Of a stretch of 64,000 nucleotides of DNA, positions 26,318-38,100 are shown one piece after another. Under the pieces are notes generated by a model, which saw nothing but the letters and a program-made list of their open reading frames with translations, made no database searches and was not told the origin of the DNA. The stretch is from Ramazzottius varieornatus (Eukaryota > Animalia > Tardigrada): NCBI GenBank assembly GCA_001949185.1, contig BDGG01000011.1, forward strand, positions 1,610,747-1,674,746. Reading direction: 5' to 3'. The translations under genes were made by a program, and so were the position numbers. How positions within the stretch are numbered: position 1 is the stretch's first letter; each line of letters starts with the position of its first letter.

Positions 26318-26787
26318 CTATGGTCAGCCGCGCGACTCAAAAGTCCACAGTCCATTTACCGCGGTGAAATGTCTTTATCCGCGGGCACTTGTGCGGTGAA
26401 ACTGACTTTGTCCGCTGGTAGATGCGGGGATAAAGTATTTCTCCGCGCATGAAGTTTCTCCGCGCATCCACGCGCGGGTAAAGTCTATTTATCCGCGCAC
26501 CCACCCGCGGACAACGTCGAGTTTTTCCGCGCGTACACCCGCGGACAAAGAGATTTTACAGCGCGTGCATGCGCGGATAAAGTCAGTTTCTCCGCGCATG
26601 TACCCGCGGATAAAGTCAGTTTATCCGCGCGGAAAAACTCGTTACTCCGCGCGTACACCCGCCGTGAAACTCTCGTCATAGTCCGCGGGTGGATGCGGAA
26701 AAAGTATTTCACCGCGCATGGAGTTTGTCCGCGCACGCACCCGCGGTAAAAGTACTGTGGACTTTTGAATCGCCCGGCTCACCATAC
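26318..26787. mobile_element. TTAA-flanked foldback MITE filled with CCGCG-rich ~30-bp subrepeats
   Basis: TTAA at 26314 and 26788; TIR tatggtcagccg..tcaaaagtccacagt / actgtggacttttga..cggctcaccata; internal ccgcg...ccgcggataaa arrays. Confidence 0.85.
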
Positions 26788-27894
26788 TTAACTTTAAGAG
26801 CTTAGTACGCTAGCAGCGCGATCCGAAGCTACTCTATTCCTATTTTAAACGATTCCCCATTCAATTTTGTATTTACGAGACCGTAGTTCTTGGAGAAAAC
26901 GAGACTTCTTGAGTTACAGTGAAAATCGAAATGACGGAGGGTCGAAAAAAATCACGTCTCGACTGCGCGCTACCATCCATCAGCAAAAGTTGATATCTCA
27001 GTTGCACAAAATATTTTGTAAGGACGATGGAGTATCAAAATGAAACCCGATAAATTGCCTGTCGAACAACGTTGATTTTAAGAAACATGAGACTAACTCT
27101 TCAAAATGACGTATAGTTCAACTGATGAGCGATTCGGAAGTGCCAGCACCTCAAACTTGGTTTTTGCTGCTCGCAAAACGGAAACCAAGTTTCTTGTCAC
27201 ACTGTGAAATAAACTTCGTCTGGTGAACGTGCGTTTCTGATTTTCTGGAGAGCGTTTTATACGCAAACTTTTCGCTCCTCTTCCCTTTCTCTTTGCAAAA
27301 AAATCTCGGGTCTACTTTTTATTCGATTTCTATTCCCAAACACAAGGAACGCGCTCCAGTTTGAGACGCACACTAGCGACCACTTCCTGTCTGCACTGTT
27401 GGTATATGATTAGTTGATTAAAATAATTGCGCACAGCCCATACAACCGATCCGCATGCTGATTATGCTGTAAACGGGAATTCGGTGTTTCCCCCTTATTC
27501 TTCCTAATCTGTGGTCGAGACGTGATTCTTATTTCAGATTATTCTCCTCACGGTCTGTTTGATGAAGATACAAGTCTCGTCTGAATTTGCCCTTAGGGTT
27601 CAGAAAATTTAAAATGTTCTCCTGAACAATTTGGTCAGACCAGCTTTGGACGCATTCTCGTATGAAGATACCCTTATTTCAAAATACGTTGAAGGGACTA
27701 TACTACACACGAAAAAAAGTGGGAATTGATCGTGCCAAACTGAACTTTTTATCGAAAGCTGTAGTACAAGGCAGCAACTTGGCTGGGAAAAAATGTAATT
27801 TTCCCGCTGACCTCTGTACGTGCGCAAGAAAACAGTCGGCTTCATATAGAGAGCTGCAAGGAGTTTTCGGAGTTCAAACTACGGTTTAGAAGTA

Positions 27895-28399
27895 CGAGGA
27901 TCAGAGCCTAACTTTTCTAACTCGCCGAACTGGCGAGTACTTGTCTAACTGACATTTCTCTCGGTAGTCTTCCAACCAAAAATTGTCAAATTAATTCGCA
28001 AATTTGTCCCAACGCTTTGCTTCAGTCTGAAGTATCTTGAACCGGAAATAGGTGACAGATCGAGGCGGATATAATTCAGGAAGCAAGAACGTTTGAAGAG
28101 GGCTGGCGATATCAAGGAGCACGCTTTCTGCAGAAGGCGTAATGCAGGTCAGAATCAGCTGATCCAGTTAGCCACATATATGACGCAACAAGCGGAAATC
28201 ACGCGGGGGTTACACAGCGTGCTTAAGACGCTAGGGCTGGTTTCTATTCAAAGTCAGAACGGTGAAAACTTTGCTAACTCTTGGTCGGTCGCCATATGGC
28301 GGTAGAACATGTTCAGCAGAATCAGACACATGGCCGCGCCGCCCGCAGCATTTGAGTTAGCAAAGTATTCCCGTTAGAAAAGTAAGGCTCTGATCCTCG
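27895..28399. mobile_element. 505-bp non-autonomous deletion derivative (MITE) of the pogo-like transposon family at 53477-56817
   Basis: TA TSD; TIR cgaggatcagagcctaacttttctaac / gttagaaaagtaaggctctgatcctcg; collinear with 53477-53860 and 56660-56817. Confidence 0.88.
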
Positions 28400-29937
28400 T
28401 ACTGAGACTTCGATCTACACTTTGCGCTCCCGAAGATTCCCCTATTAACGATTGTTCAAGTTCTAGAACACAAAACGCATCCCATTCGGTGATCACGGGG
28501 TCATAGGCCATTAATCAACGGTAACACAAGCCACGTGATAACCGGAAGGGATTCGTTTTGTGCACTGTACCATGAATGCCGGCAGTCAGAAAGTTCGTGC
28601 CATGATCCGAACAGTAGGAGGTACACCCTTGACGAGTGGCGGTGAAACTCAGGGGTCCACCAACGAATTTCTGCTTGAGGGTCCGGCATTTGTTTCAGGG
28701 ATCAACTGTTTTTTTGGGTGGGGGTGCACCTCTCCTGGCACGATCATGGCACGAACTTCGTATGGCAAGCGGCATCCATGCACTGTGCATCGTTTCTCAT
28801 CTTTAAAGGCAAAAAACACCCTATCTCCATATCGAACTGGAAAATTCGAGGAAATACCGCGATTAGAAAGTTCTTTGACTGCAAGCTTGTTCCGTACAAT
28901 ATCGATATCAAGAAACGTCGCGGTGGTGAACGGTTAGCAATTGCGTGTCGGTTTACGCTTTCCGCTCCATTTTGAGACATCTTTTCGCTCGAATTCCAAC
29001 CAAAACTTACGAACCATTTCACGGGTATCAACCAAAAGTTGCTAAAAAACAAAAAAAATAGCATGCTTGAGTGAGCTATAGTCCATGCAAACTAACCGGC
29101 TTCGTAACCCCGACTTCCGACTTGAAAATAAATTTATAATTTTTTAAAGCCTGCTGAGCACAGTAAAACTAACCTCGGATTGATTTACACCGAATATTTT
29201 GCGGGAGGATTATTTGCCGCGGAGTATTCTGACAGCCTGTAAAGAGCGTACCTCGGCAACGAAGCACTCGTGCTGAATCAGCACGAACACTTCACGTACT
29301 TCTAGAACTTTCTCTTTCCTTCTGCGTCGCTGTCAAAGTATATAAACCGACTGATCAGTAACAGTCGGGGCTCTTTTTTTCCTTTCCTTCTCTTGAGACC
29401 TAGCATTACTAATAAAGAAAACTCTCCCCAGTCAGTTCCCTTTTGATCCTAATTCCTTCTTCATCGACCGACCTTGTAGGGTTCTTGTCTAGCCAGTGGA
29501 GGCTTTACAAACCCTTTCAAATTTCAAATTATATCGCCTGCAATACGGACATGCTAGGTCCAGTTTTCATTTGAGGATAATTTTTGTACAAACCAACGGA
29601 TACGCTTTCCCAACAAATCTCTACGGAAACAAGATGGAAGCGAGTTGTACCAGAATTTCACACAGTTAGGTCTGGTCTGCGTACTGAGTTGTTTGCGGCA
29701 CGGACAAGCTCTCTCCATTTAGGTTGCAAAATGTTTTCGATCTTATCCTACGTCACACTGACAGCCGCCTTTTGCTTTGTGATGCAGCAGGTTTGAAAAA
29801 CGATCAGAGTACCCTGCTCACTGCCAGCGCAGCCGATTCTTTTATTTCTGCCAATCTCTTGCGGCTGATGCCAGACGCGGATAATGCTGAACCCAACGTT
29901 TCATTTACAATCAGTTTCGTCTCAGCCGACAAATTTG

Positions 29938-30460
29938 CGTGTCAGGAGCGTCCCAGAGGCATACTTTTGTCGTAAAAATCTGCCTAATAAAAAAGTAATC
30001 GAACTTTGGACCTGACGTCACGACTGGGGTCGTCGACTCCGGTCGGTCTATAAGGCTCGTCCAGGTACCTGCGTAAAACGTGCCGAAAGGTTTTTCCACT
30101 CAGAAATAACAGGGGGCAGTAAGCTTGACACCGGAGCATTAGACAGAGCATCTGAGCTCGTTTTACCATACTTCATGGACAAATATTAGAAACTAAAGGA
30201 CTTTTCATCGACCGAATATGGTCAGAACTGCTCGAATGCTTCTAACTAATCGCCTAGTGTCAATGTGTCCGCGCTAGATGTGCTCCCTGGTACTTCTGAG
30301 TGGAGATCCCTTCGGCGCGTTTTGTGCAGGTACCGGGACAAGCCGTTTGTACCGACCGGAGCCGACGACTCGAGTCGTGACGTCAGGCCCAAAGTCCGAA
30401 TACTTTTTCATTAGGCAGATTTGTACGACAAAAGTATGCCTATGGGAAGCGCCTGGCACG
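29938..30460. repeat. Long inverted repeat (~175-bp arms, ~170-bp spacer), foldback element
   Basis: 29938-30114 is the diverged reverse complement of 30285-30460 (ggcatacttttgtcgta / tacgacaaaagtatgcc). Confidence 0.85.
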
Positions 30461-32709
30461 TGTTTATATTGCTGATGTTTTACGCACTAAGCTCTATTCC
30501 ATCTACGGACAAGCATCTTTTCCTTGCTGGCCACGCAACCGTTCATCGTGTTTCGAATCTAGAACGGCCACGGTTTGTGTTCTGATTCTTGGGTCTACGT
30601 GGCCGTTTCAGAACGTTTAAATCAGCTCTTGATCATCTCTCTACCGCAGAAGATTAGATGACTCAAAATCAAAAAATGCAGTACGTTCGTGCATCGCGAA
30701 AAATTCAGCTTGGCACTTCCTATTACCAGCAGACGTCTCGCTGACGGAAAGAATATCCAGAGCAGATCTCGGTTTTGCATGATGCAGCGTACGCGAAAAT
30801 TAACCGTGAAAAATGAACGTGACAGTCAACCTCGAGGTTAATTACGATGAGCCAATGCCAGCTTCTGGTTTACAGCATACGCAAATTTTACTGGCTACTG
30901 CCATCTGGCTCCATCCAATACCCATTTTCAACGGACATTATACATGCTACGCGTACATTATACATGCTACGACGTAAACTGGGTAAGGTCAAACAGAATG
31001 AACAGAAGGATCCGGAAAGTAATCACAGTAGAAGCCATCGAGCAAGAAAAAATTATTAGAAACCTTACGTTCTTAACGAAAACTCGGACAAACGTTCAAA
31101 CAAAATAATAGAAAAACTACTTCGGGATGTGAAACTCACTTTTCGAAGAACTTAATATTCCGACTTGAATTTTGAAAGCTAGGAATAGAAGAGTTTTTGG
31201 ACGACACCACTTTTCCAACAGTTAGTTTGACCATTTGTTCAAGGCTTTCGTTGGAAACGCATGGTTAGTATTCACCGAATCTGCACCCAGTCCTAGTTTT
31301 TCTTTTCTGTACGATATAAGCAAAAGAGAACATTGGTGGCTTTTACCTATAGACTCCAAGACCAAACGTGAACATTGTTCGCGCAAGCTATCTGATAAGG
31401 ATGTATTGGTATGACGAACGTACCCAATAGGGCTTGCTCAAGCACCCGAAATTGTTGGGAGACGTACTGAAAAAGCAGCACATAGTACTTCCTGCAGAAG
31501 ATGTTTGGACGCCGATGGTCACCTTGTGGAACAGGTAAGCCCTTTTCAGTACGAGGAGAAAGGCCAAGCATTGCTCACGGGCGCACTTTGATGAGCCAAG
31601 TTTCAAGGGTAGCGCTGCTTCTTGCGAATCCGGAACAAACCAGCTGGCAGCGAAGCAGAAGTACAGTAGCAGGGTTCTGGCCAGTCCAAATTCACTTCAG
31701 GCTTTGATTCAACGATTAAAAACTCCAGCACACAAAATCTGCATGCCCCGGCAATAGTCAAGGAAATCGCTATATCACCACAGCGTCGAAGGGCACTTGT
31801 CGAAAACATTTTCTCGATCAGTTTTGAAAAGTGGTGTCATGTTGTGGTGCTACAATGCGTCATGCTTCCCTACTGGTGGTCATGTGGTGCTTGTCACCGT
31901 TATCGGACCACCAGTACGGAAGCATAAGACGCATTGAACAAGGTGCACAGACCACTTGAACACCGACCGCAATAAAGTCTGGGCGCGCGCCATACCCCGC
32001 ATTTCGACAATATATGTAGTTATGAAAGGTGCCGAAACCGGCAAAAATTTGAACTGTAGTTACGGTCGTGAGCTATGGGCACCCATGGCTTTCCTTTGCT
32101 TCTTTGTATCTTCTGAACCGTGTAATCTAGCTGAGGCAATTCAAACAGTATCCTGTAGAAGACAGCTGAAACGTGTCGATCACGGGACAATCCAGTGAAC
32201 TATTCGATCAATCAACCGAAGAGCAATGACGGGCGGACAGTAAAATAAGGGTCATATTTGGCTGTCTATCTCCCGTCACGTGACGGGTTTGAGTGAAACT
32301 CTAAGCAGCCACAATGGAGCACACACATCGGTCTACGTACAGCAAAAGGGATCCGACAATTTTCCGGCCGAGCGAAGCAAGGTCTTTATAAGTCTGTCAC
32401 GTTTTCAATAGACGATTCGAATGTTCAGTCATGGCCTTATCGAAAACTCAGCACTGCAAGCAGTGCGCGGCTTGACCCGGGTGCAAATTTCCTTGCCAAG
32501 TGACCCAAGTCTACTGTCTACCACGGCGATCCGGATCACGATCTGTGCTGGATGGGCGATTTTCTTAACTGTCTTATAGGACCACCGAAGATTGGCGCTG
32601 TATTTGCTGACCGTTCTCTGCTTTAGATGTTTCGTTGAGAAAATCACCCGGCCAACGCTGATCTCGCTGGTACAGAATGCGTCCAACGCCTCCATCCTTT
32701 CAATAGCTA

Positions 32710-33480
32710 CTGTGTTCCCTCTAGAGTTCTGCGCAGTCACGTGACACGCCCGTGGAATCACTTGACGGGGCTAAGCATTTCAGTGCACTTAAACAACGAT
32801 TATTCGCCAATCAAGTTCAGCGATGGGCGGCAGTCAGTATATCAGGCCCGGGAAATACACCCCGTTTAAGCAAACTTGCTGCCACCTGCAACTTCGACGT
32901 ATAGAAAATACAGATTGCTGCTCTTCCTCTCATTCCCACATACTATCATACAACTTTACAAGCAGCTTTTAGCGAGCTGTCGCTGGATAACATAGGTTGA
33001 GAGATGGTTCCGAAAAATAGGTTCGAACGACTTCCGGTGGGGAAGACTTATATTCACGAGCAAAAAATTGTCTCTGGAGTTCCATCTGTGAGTAACAACC
33101 TCCAATTCGATTTCGGTAAACGAAAAGATACATAGGCTGTTACCAAAAACTTATTCTGCACGGAAAAACTGCAGAACCTCAAGCCGAAGTTGAAGAAACT
33201 GTTTTTGAAAATACCCTTAAAGATTTCGAAAGTTTGAGTATTTTTCGCTCTTCACCACGTCTAGTTTATTGTCGATTCTGACTTCTTTTAAACAGATTCC
33301 CGGGCCAGTAATTTTTCTTGCGATAGTCAATAAGATGTTGAATCGCTGAAAACTGGTTACGAAGTTGCGCGATTATCCCATCGAGGACGGCTTGAATTAA
33401 TAGGTGGTAGCAAGTTTGGTTGAACAGGCTGTACTTCACTGGCGTGATAACGTTCTGCGCAGAACCTTGGAGGGAACGGC
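32710..33480. mobile_element. Longer member of the 8430-8635 MITE family; an internal part recurs at ~41040-41180
   Basis: Left end ctgtgttccctctagagttctgcgcagtcacgtgaca; right TIR ctgcgcagaaccttggagggaac; gacttccggtg(g/a)ggaagactt is shared with ~41072. Confidence 0.65.
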
Positions 33481-33484
33481 GGGG

Positions 33485-34961
33485 CACGTTTTCCTCTAAT
33501 TTCAGTTCCCCCTAAACGCAGATCCGAAGGACCTCGAAGTAGAAGAACTGTATTCCCTAAATTCTTCGTCCTCGAACAGCACCTCCTCCTAAAATATGTT
33601 CATGTTCCCCAGAAGCTTCAAACCCGAAGAGCCACGGCTTCGAATATCTCCGGCTTCGAACAGGCACGAACCCTATTGCCTTCGGCTTCAATGAACTATT
33701 TTCCCTAAAACCGGTCTTCTATGTTTCGCACTGGCACGGCGACTGTTCGTAAATCCAACACTCGAAATATTCAGGCCATTTACCGTGATACTTTTGATCA
33801 CGGAACCAGCTCTCATTAATTCAATGTTCATTAATTAATCGGCATTGTCACTACACACTGACACGGTTCGAAACAAAGTACCGCCCACTGAAAGAATCCG
33901 AGGCTTGGCCCAGAGCCGGTTTATCGATCGAATCGGTGCGTCTCGCGCCAAACAGACAAGTCGCGACACTTCCATGCATCTTTCGGTTTGTGCTGTTTCT
34001 GAATTGTTACCGAAATCCTTTGCAAAGAATCAAGAGCTCTTCCAACGTTTGTCAGAAATTTTTTCCAGTGTAGAGTCGGTGTGCGACAGAAGTGACAACC
34101 CCTACCATGACCAACGAGTATTTACGGCATTATGGTGGCTCCGGGGGAAACAGCTTCCGTTTCCGTTCCCAGCAACAGCCCTACTCTGGTGAAATTCATC
34201 AAGTCATCCAGAGGAGGAAATTTCGCCGTTTTCGGAAGCTACACCTATACCAAGAATCGAAATTTACCTCATGATCGAACCTACTGGAACTGTGGGAAGA
34301 AGGAAAGTCATGGCTGCAAGGGAACAATTACCTTGGATTGCTCAAACAGCGTCGTGTCATCGGCTGAACACAACCATGTACCCAATGTGAACGAGGCGAA
34401 GGCGGAAGACATCAAGGCGAGTTTACGGGAACGGGCCAGGAAGAGCTTGACCAAACCTCGGCGACTTCTCAGCGATCTTGTTCAGAGTATGCCGACAGAG
34501 GTAGCTGGCTATCTCCCATCCGCGAATACTCCGACAAGACCTGCATTGGTGTCTGATTGCTTCGACTTGCCTACTTAGACTGAGTTTCCTGTTGGCTCTT
34601 TTCTCCATAACGGTTTTCGAAATTGATCAGTTAGTTTTTGGTCTCGATTTTTCTGGTTCGTCAGTGTACCTGAAAAATTATGTAAGCATTTAGGTCGAGA
34701 TATCTTTTCGGTAAGTGGACTTTAATTGTAATAGTAATTGTTGGAGAAGTCGGGAAATATTCATTACGGTTCGTGGTGCAATGCTTTTAGGGGAAAGTGT
34801 TCGTCGGGGAAACAGGTCTTCGAGGGAGGGGCTCTTCGGGTACAAGACTGTTAGGAGAAAGCGTTCTTCGAAGCAGCCCGTGATTTTTAGGGGAAAGAGT
34901 TCTTCGCCTCCGTGGCTGTTAGTTTCGCAAGTTAGAGGAAAGAGTAAGTTATGGAAAAGTG
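33485..34961 (+). mobile_element. Mutator/MULE-like remnant: diverged long TIRs around a FLYWCH zinc-finger ORF (34132-34578)
   Basis: FAVFGSYTY...TYWNC...CKGTI...HNH (FLYWCH) followed by KPRRL; the ORF stops before any DDE domain. Diverged inverted motifs (acccgaagagcc, ttccctaaa) at 33485-33710 and 34785-34961. Confidence 0.75.
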
Positions 34962-35171
34962 TTACAGTATTAGTGTTCCTGGACCGGTATCGATCATCAA
35001 AAAAATTACATACTGTGTTCTCTCCGGTACCGGTCCAGGAACACTAATACCACTTTCCCCTAACTTACTCTTTCCTCTAACTTGCGAACCCAACAGCCAC
35101 GGAGGCGAAGAACTCTTTCCCCTAAAAATCACGGGCTGCTCCGAAAAACGCTTTTTCCTAACAGCCTTGTA
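34841..35171. repeat. ~330-bp palindrome overlapping the MULE right end
   Basis: tacaagactgttaggagaaagcg...gtgttcctggaccggta is mirrored by taccggtccaggaacac...cctaacagccttgta. Confidence 0.85.
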
Positions 35172-38100
35172 CACAGTATGTGATTTGTTTGTTGATCACT
35201 GACTGCCACGCCTGTTGATGTGCAGTATGTCAATTACAGCATGTGGCAATTAGTGCAGTACGAGGAGCGAGGCCCTACGTTGGTCACGAGCATACTTTGT
35301 CCAGTCAAGTTTTGAAGGTGGCGTTTCCAGTTGCAAGATCACAGTACAATTAGCTGGCGCTCATTAGGCAACTTACTGAGAATGGACAAAGTTCTAAGCG
35401 TTCCACGTTCGCAGTGAAACGAAGGCCTTGATTCGATGATTTTCACACGTTCTGCACAGAAGTACAGCATGCTCTGACGACAGCGCTTCACTCTGACTTG
35501 TCTTTCCGGAACCTGGACAGATTTCACCGATTTCACCTTAGAATATAGGCGAAAATTCACTCCTGAGAGCAAAAGTCAAGGACGAAGGAGGAAACGGACA
35601 TCTTTCTTCAAACAACCATCTTCGAGTCTGGCATCCTCACTTCCGGTGAAGTTATGCGCCACCGGAAGACGGGAAACTGCTGGCAGTTAGACCAGCGTCA
35701 ATTCTCTCCTTCATATTTCTTTTCCCTCATGCAGTTTACAGCACTAAGAACTAGGTTTAAGCTACAGTTCAGTACCTGGAGGCTTCTAATCTGACCAACG
35801 TAGATTGAGATATGAGCGCGGGAGCGTTTTTAAGATAAGAAGGCAACTCTCTCCGGAAATTATCAATGGATGTTCAGTACATTGCAACAGAAGGACAACC
35901 TTCGGAATTCGCAGAGCTCGTAGAAGATTATCCCGCAGACCCCATAACAAGCAGGATATGCCGTTCAAGATGAAGGGAGAGGAAGAAAGAAAGCCGTCGA
36001 TGGCTCACAGAAACTGAATAACTGATTTTCGTTGAAAGCAAATCGTTTTCGCTTGGAAGTGGACAAAGTTTTAGCCGTTCCGAGTTTGAACTAAAACGGC
36101 TGTGTGACTTCATCAGTAACATTTGGCATACCTTGAGAAACATCCGATTTTGCCCGGTCGGGCACATATGCGGTTTACGTGGCCCAGCTTGTTGTGCGCT
36201 CTGTAGAAAGCGTGCTCCCTAATATCGAACGAATTTCTCGAACGACTTCCACTCTCCCTTAATTATCTTCCCCTCTTTCTCACTTCTGACTAAGTAGAAA
36301 GATAGCCAGGTGTTCAAAGATACTTGTGAATTAGTTTGGATTTTGATGGCGGAAGATTAGTAAGAAATCATCAGTGGACAAAGTTGTCTGCTGTTCGGGC
36401 AAACGGACAAAGTTGGGTCTCGCTCCTCGTACTGTCGAACGTCGACTGACGTACAATCAAGATCTGAAACCGGATGGACGACGTTGAAAACAGTTTGAGG
36501 TTCGAACAGCCGCACGACGCGACATGAACCCAACGTAAATCAATGGGTTCATTTTGTTTCACCCATCATCAGGTCACCGTTAAAGCACCAGCCCTGTCTT
36601 CAGATATAAAGTCTGTGAAGTTAACCCGTCGTGTCGCCCTGCCGCAAGCGTTCCCTGAGCACGGAGGCGACGAGGCCGCCTAAGTGCGATGCTGCAGGGC
36701 TTGGCGCCTGTCAAACCCAAATTTTTCAGTGGTATGAGCAGAAGTTGCCCACTTCCGAGGAAAGACAAGTACGAGGACTAGGCAACACAACGCTGTAAAG
36801 CGTGTGCTTGGTAATGGTTTGCCTCCTTTGCTCGGCACTCCCAGACTTGCATTTCGTTGCATTGCTTGCATTTCGCGAGCCTTTCTTTGGTAAGTGTTGG
36901 ATAAAAGCAGATTGGATTGGATTGATAAATGAGATAGCAACTGTCGTCAGTAAAAGACGTAACTACAAATGGATATGTAGATCCGTCAACAGAGGCTGAT
37001 TTCTCAGCTTCTCTCGTTGCTATTGTTTACTCGTATCTGAAACTTCAGTCTCCTTTTCGTAGCGCCGAACCAGGTCGACACTTCTTCAATGAAGAAAGAA
37101 CTGTCGTAGCAATCAACCGCGGAGGAGCAGTAATGTGGGCTCCCAGTGCTACAACCAACACATACGCTATATTGCACAGGCAGAAATCCGGCTTGATCTA
37201 TGAGACTGATGTTAAAATTGGTAAGTTACAGTAACAACAAGAACCTCTATCGAAAACTTATGTCATATACTGAATTTGTGAAGTATTTGCTGACATGGAA
37301 GCAGACGCTGGCTCATTTGTTTAAAGGTCCGTGGATAATGGGTACCGAAACATTCAAATGGCACGCAATACCTCCGCACTTGGGTAAGTCACCAAAGCTA
37401 TCGTTGTCAGCTCACAGTAAGGGCTTACCAAGATAGATTACATCGCTGGTGGAACTACAGCACTGGTGTAATTGGCTCCACCCACACCCTTACGATTGGC
37501 CTATTCATTCCACCAGACGTTACACTTTCGGTTTTATTGCGAGTCGCTCCGGAACGACTCGTAATTACACCAGACTTAACCAACATCCCGAGTGCGCTGT
37601 GCTCCCCTCCAAACTTTCAAATGTCACTTCCCTGACGATTTTTTTCGCTACTCGTCCTACTGGTGAGTGTATGGTGCTTCCTCCGACATCAACGATCTCA
37701 TAATCCTCCGATCGTACTTACCTGCAGTGCGGGGCTTTCAGATCGAGCCGTTACACCGCTTTCCTAACTGGTCAAAAGAATCTTCTGGGCGTATCCACCA
37801 AAGTAGCTGGTGTAATTACACCACGAAGCCAGCTTAGTCTTTGTAAGCCCTTAGTAAAAAATTCATTTACATGTGCCATCTGCACGCAAGGTCTGACAGT
37901 TTTGAATTTCGCAGTAAAGATTGATAATTCTTCCAAAAACATCAGATGCCGTATCATGTAACCGCACGAAGTGCTCCAGCTGTAATCGAACAAAATGTTA
38001 ACAACCATTGTTGACCTGCGCATTACAATTGACTGGTTTATTTTTGGCAAACAAGAAAACGAACTTTTGCTCAATTCCAATCTTTGCCCCATGATGCAGG

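Noticed and set aside
26340-26760. Regularly spaced repeats resembling a CRISPR array
   Set aside because: Degenerate subrepeats inside TIRs with no unique spacers, no cas genes, and a eukaryotic context.
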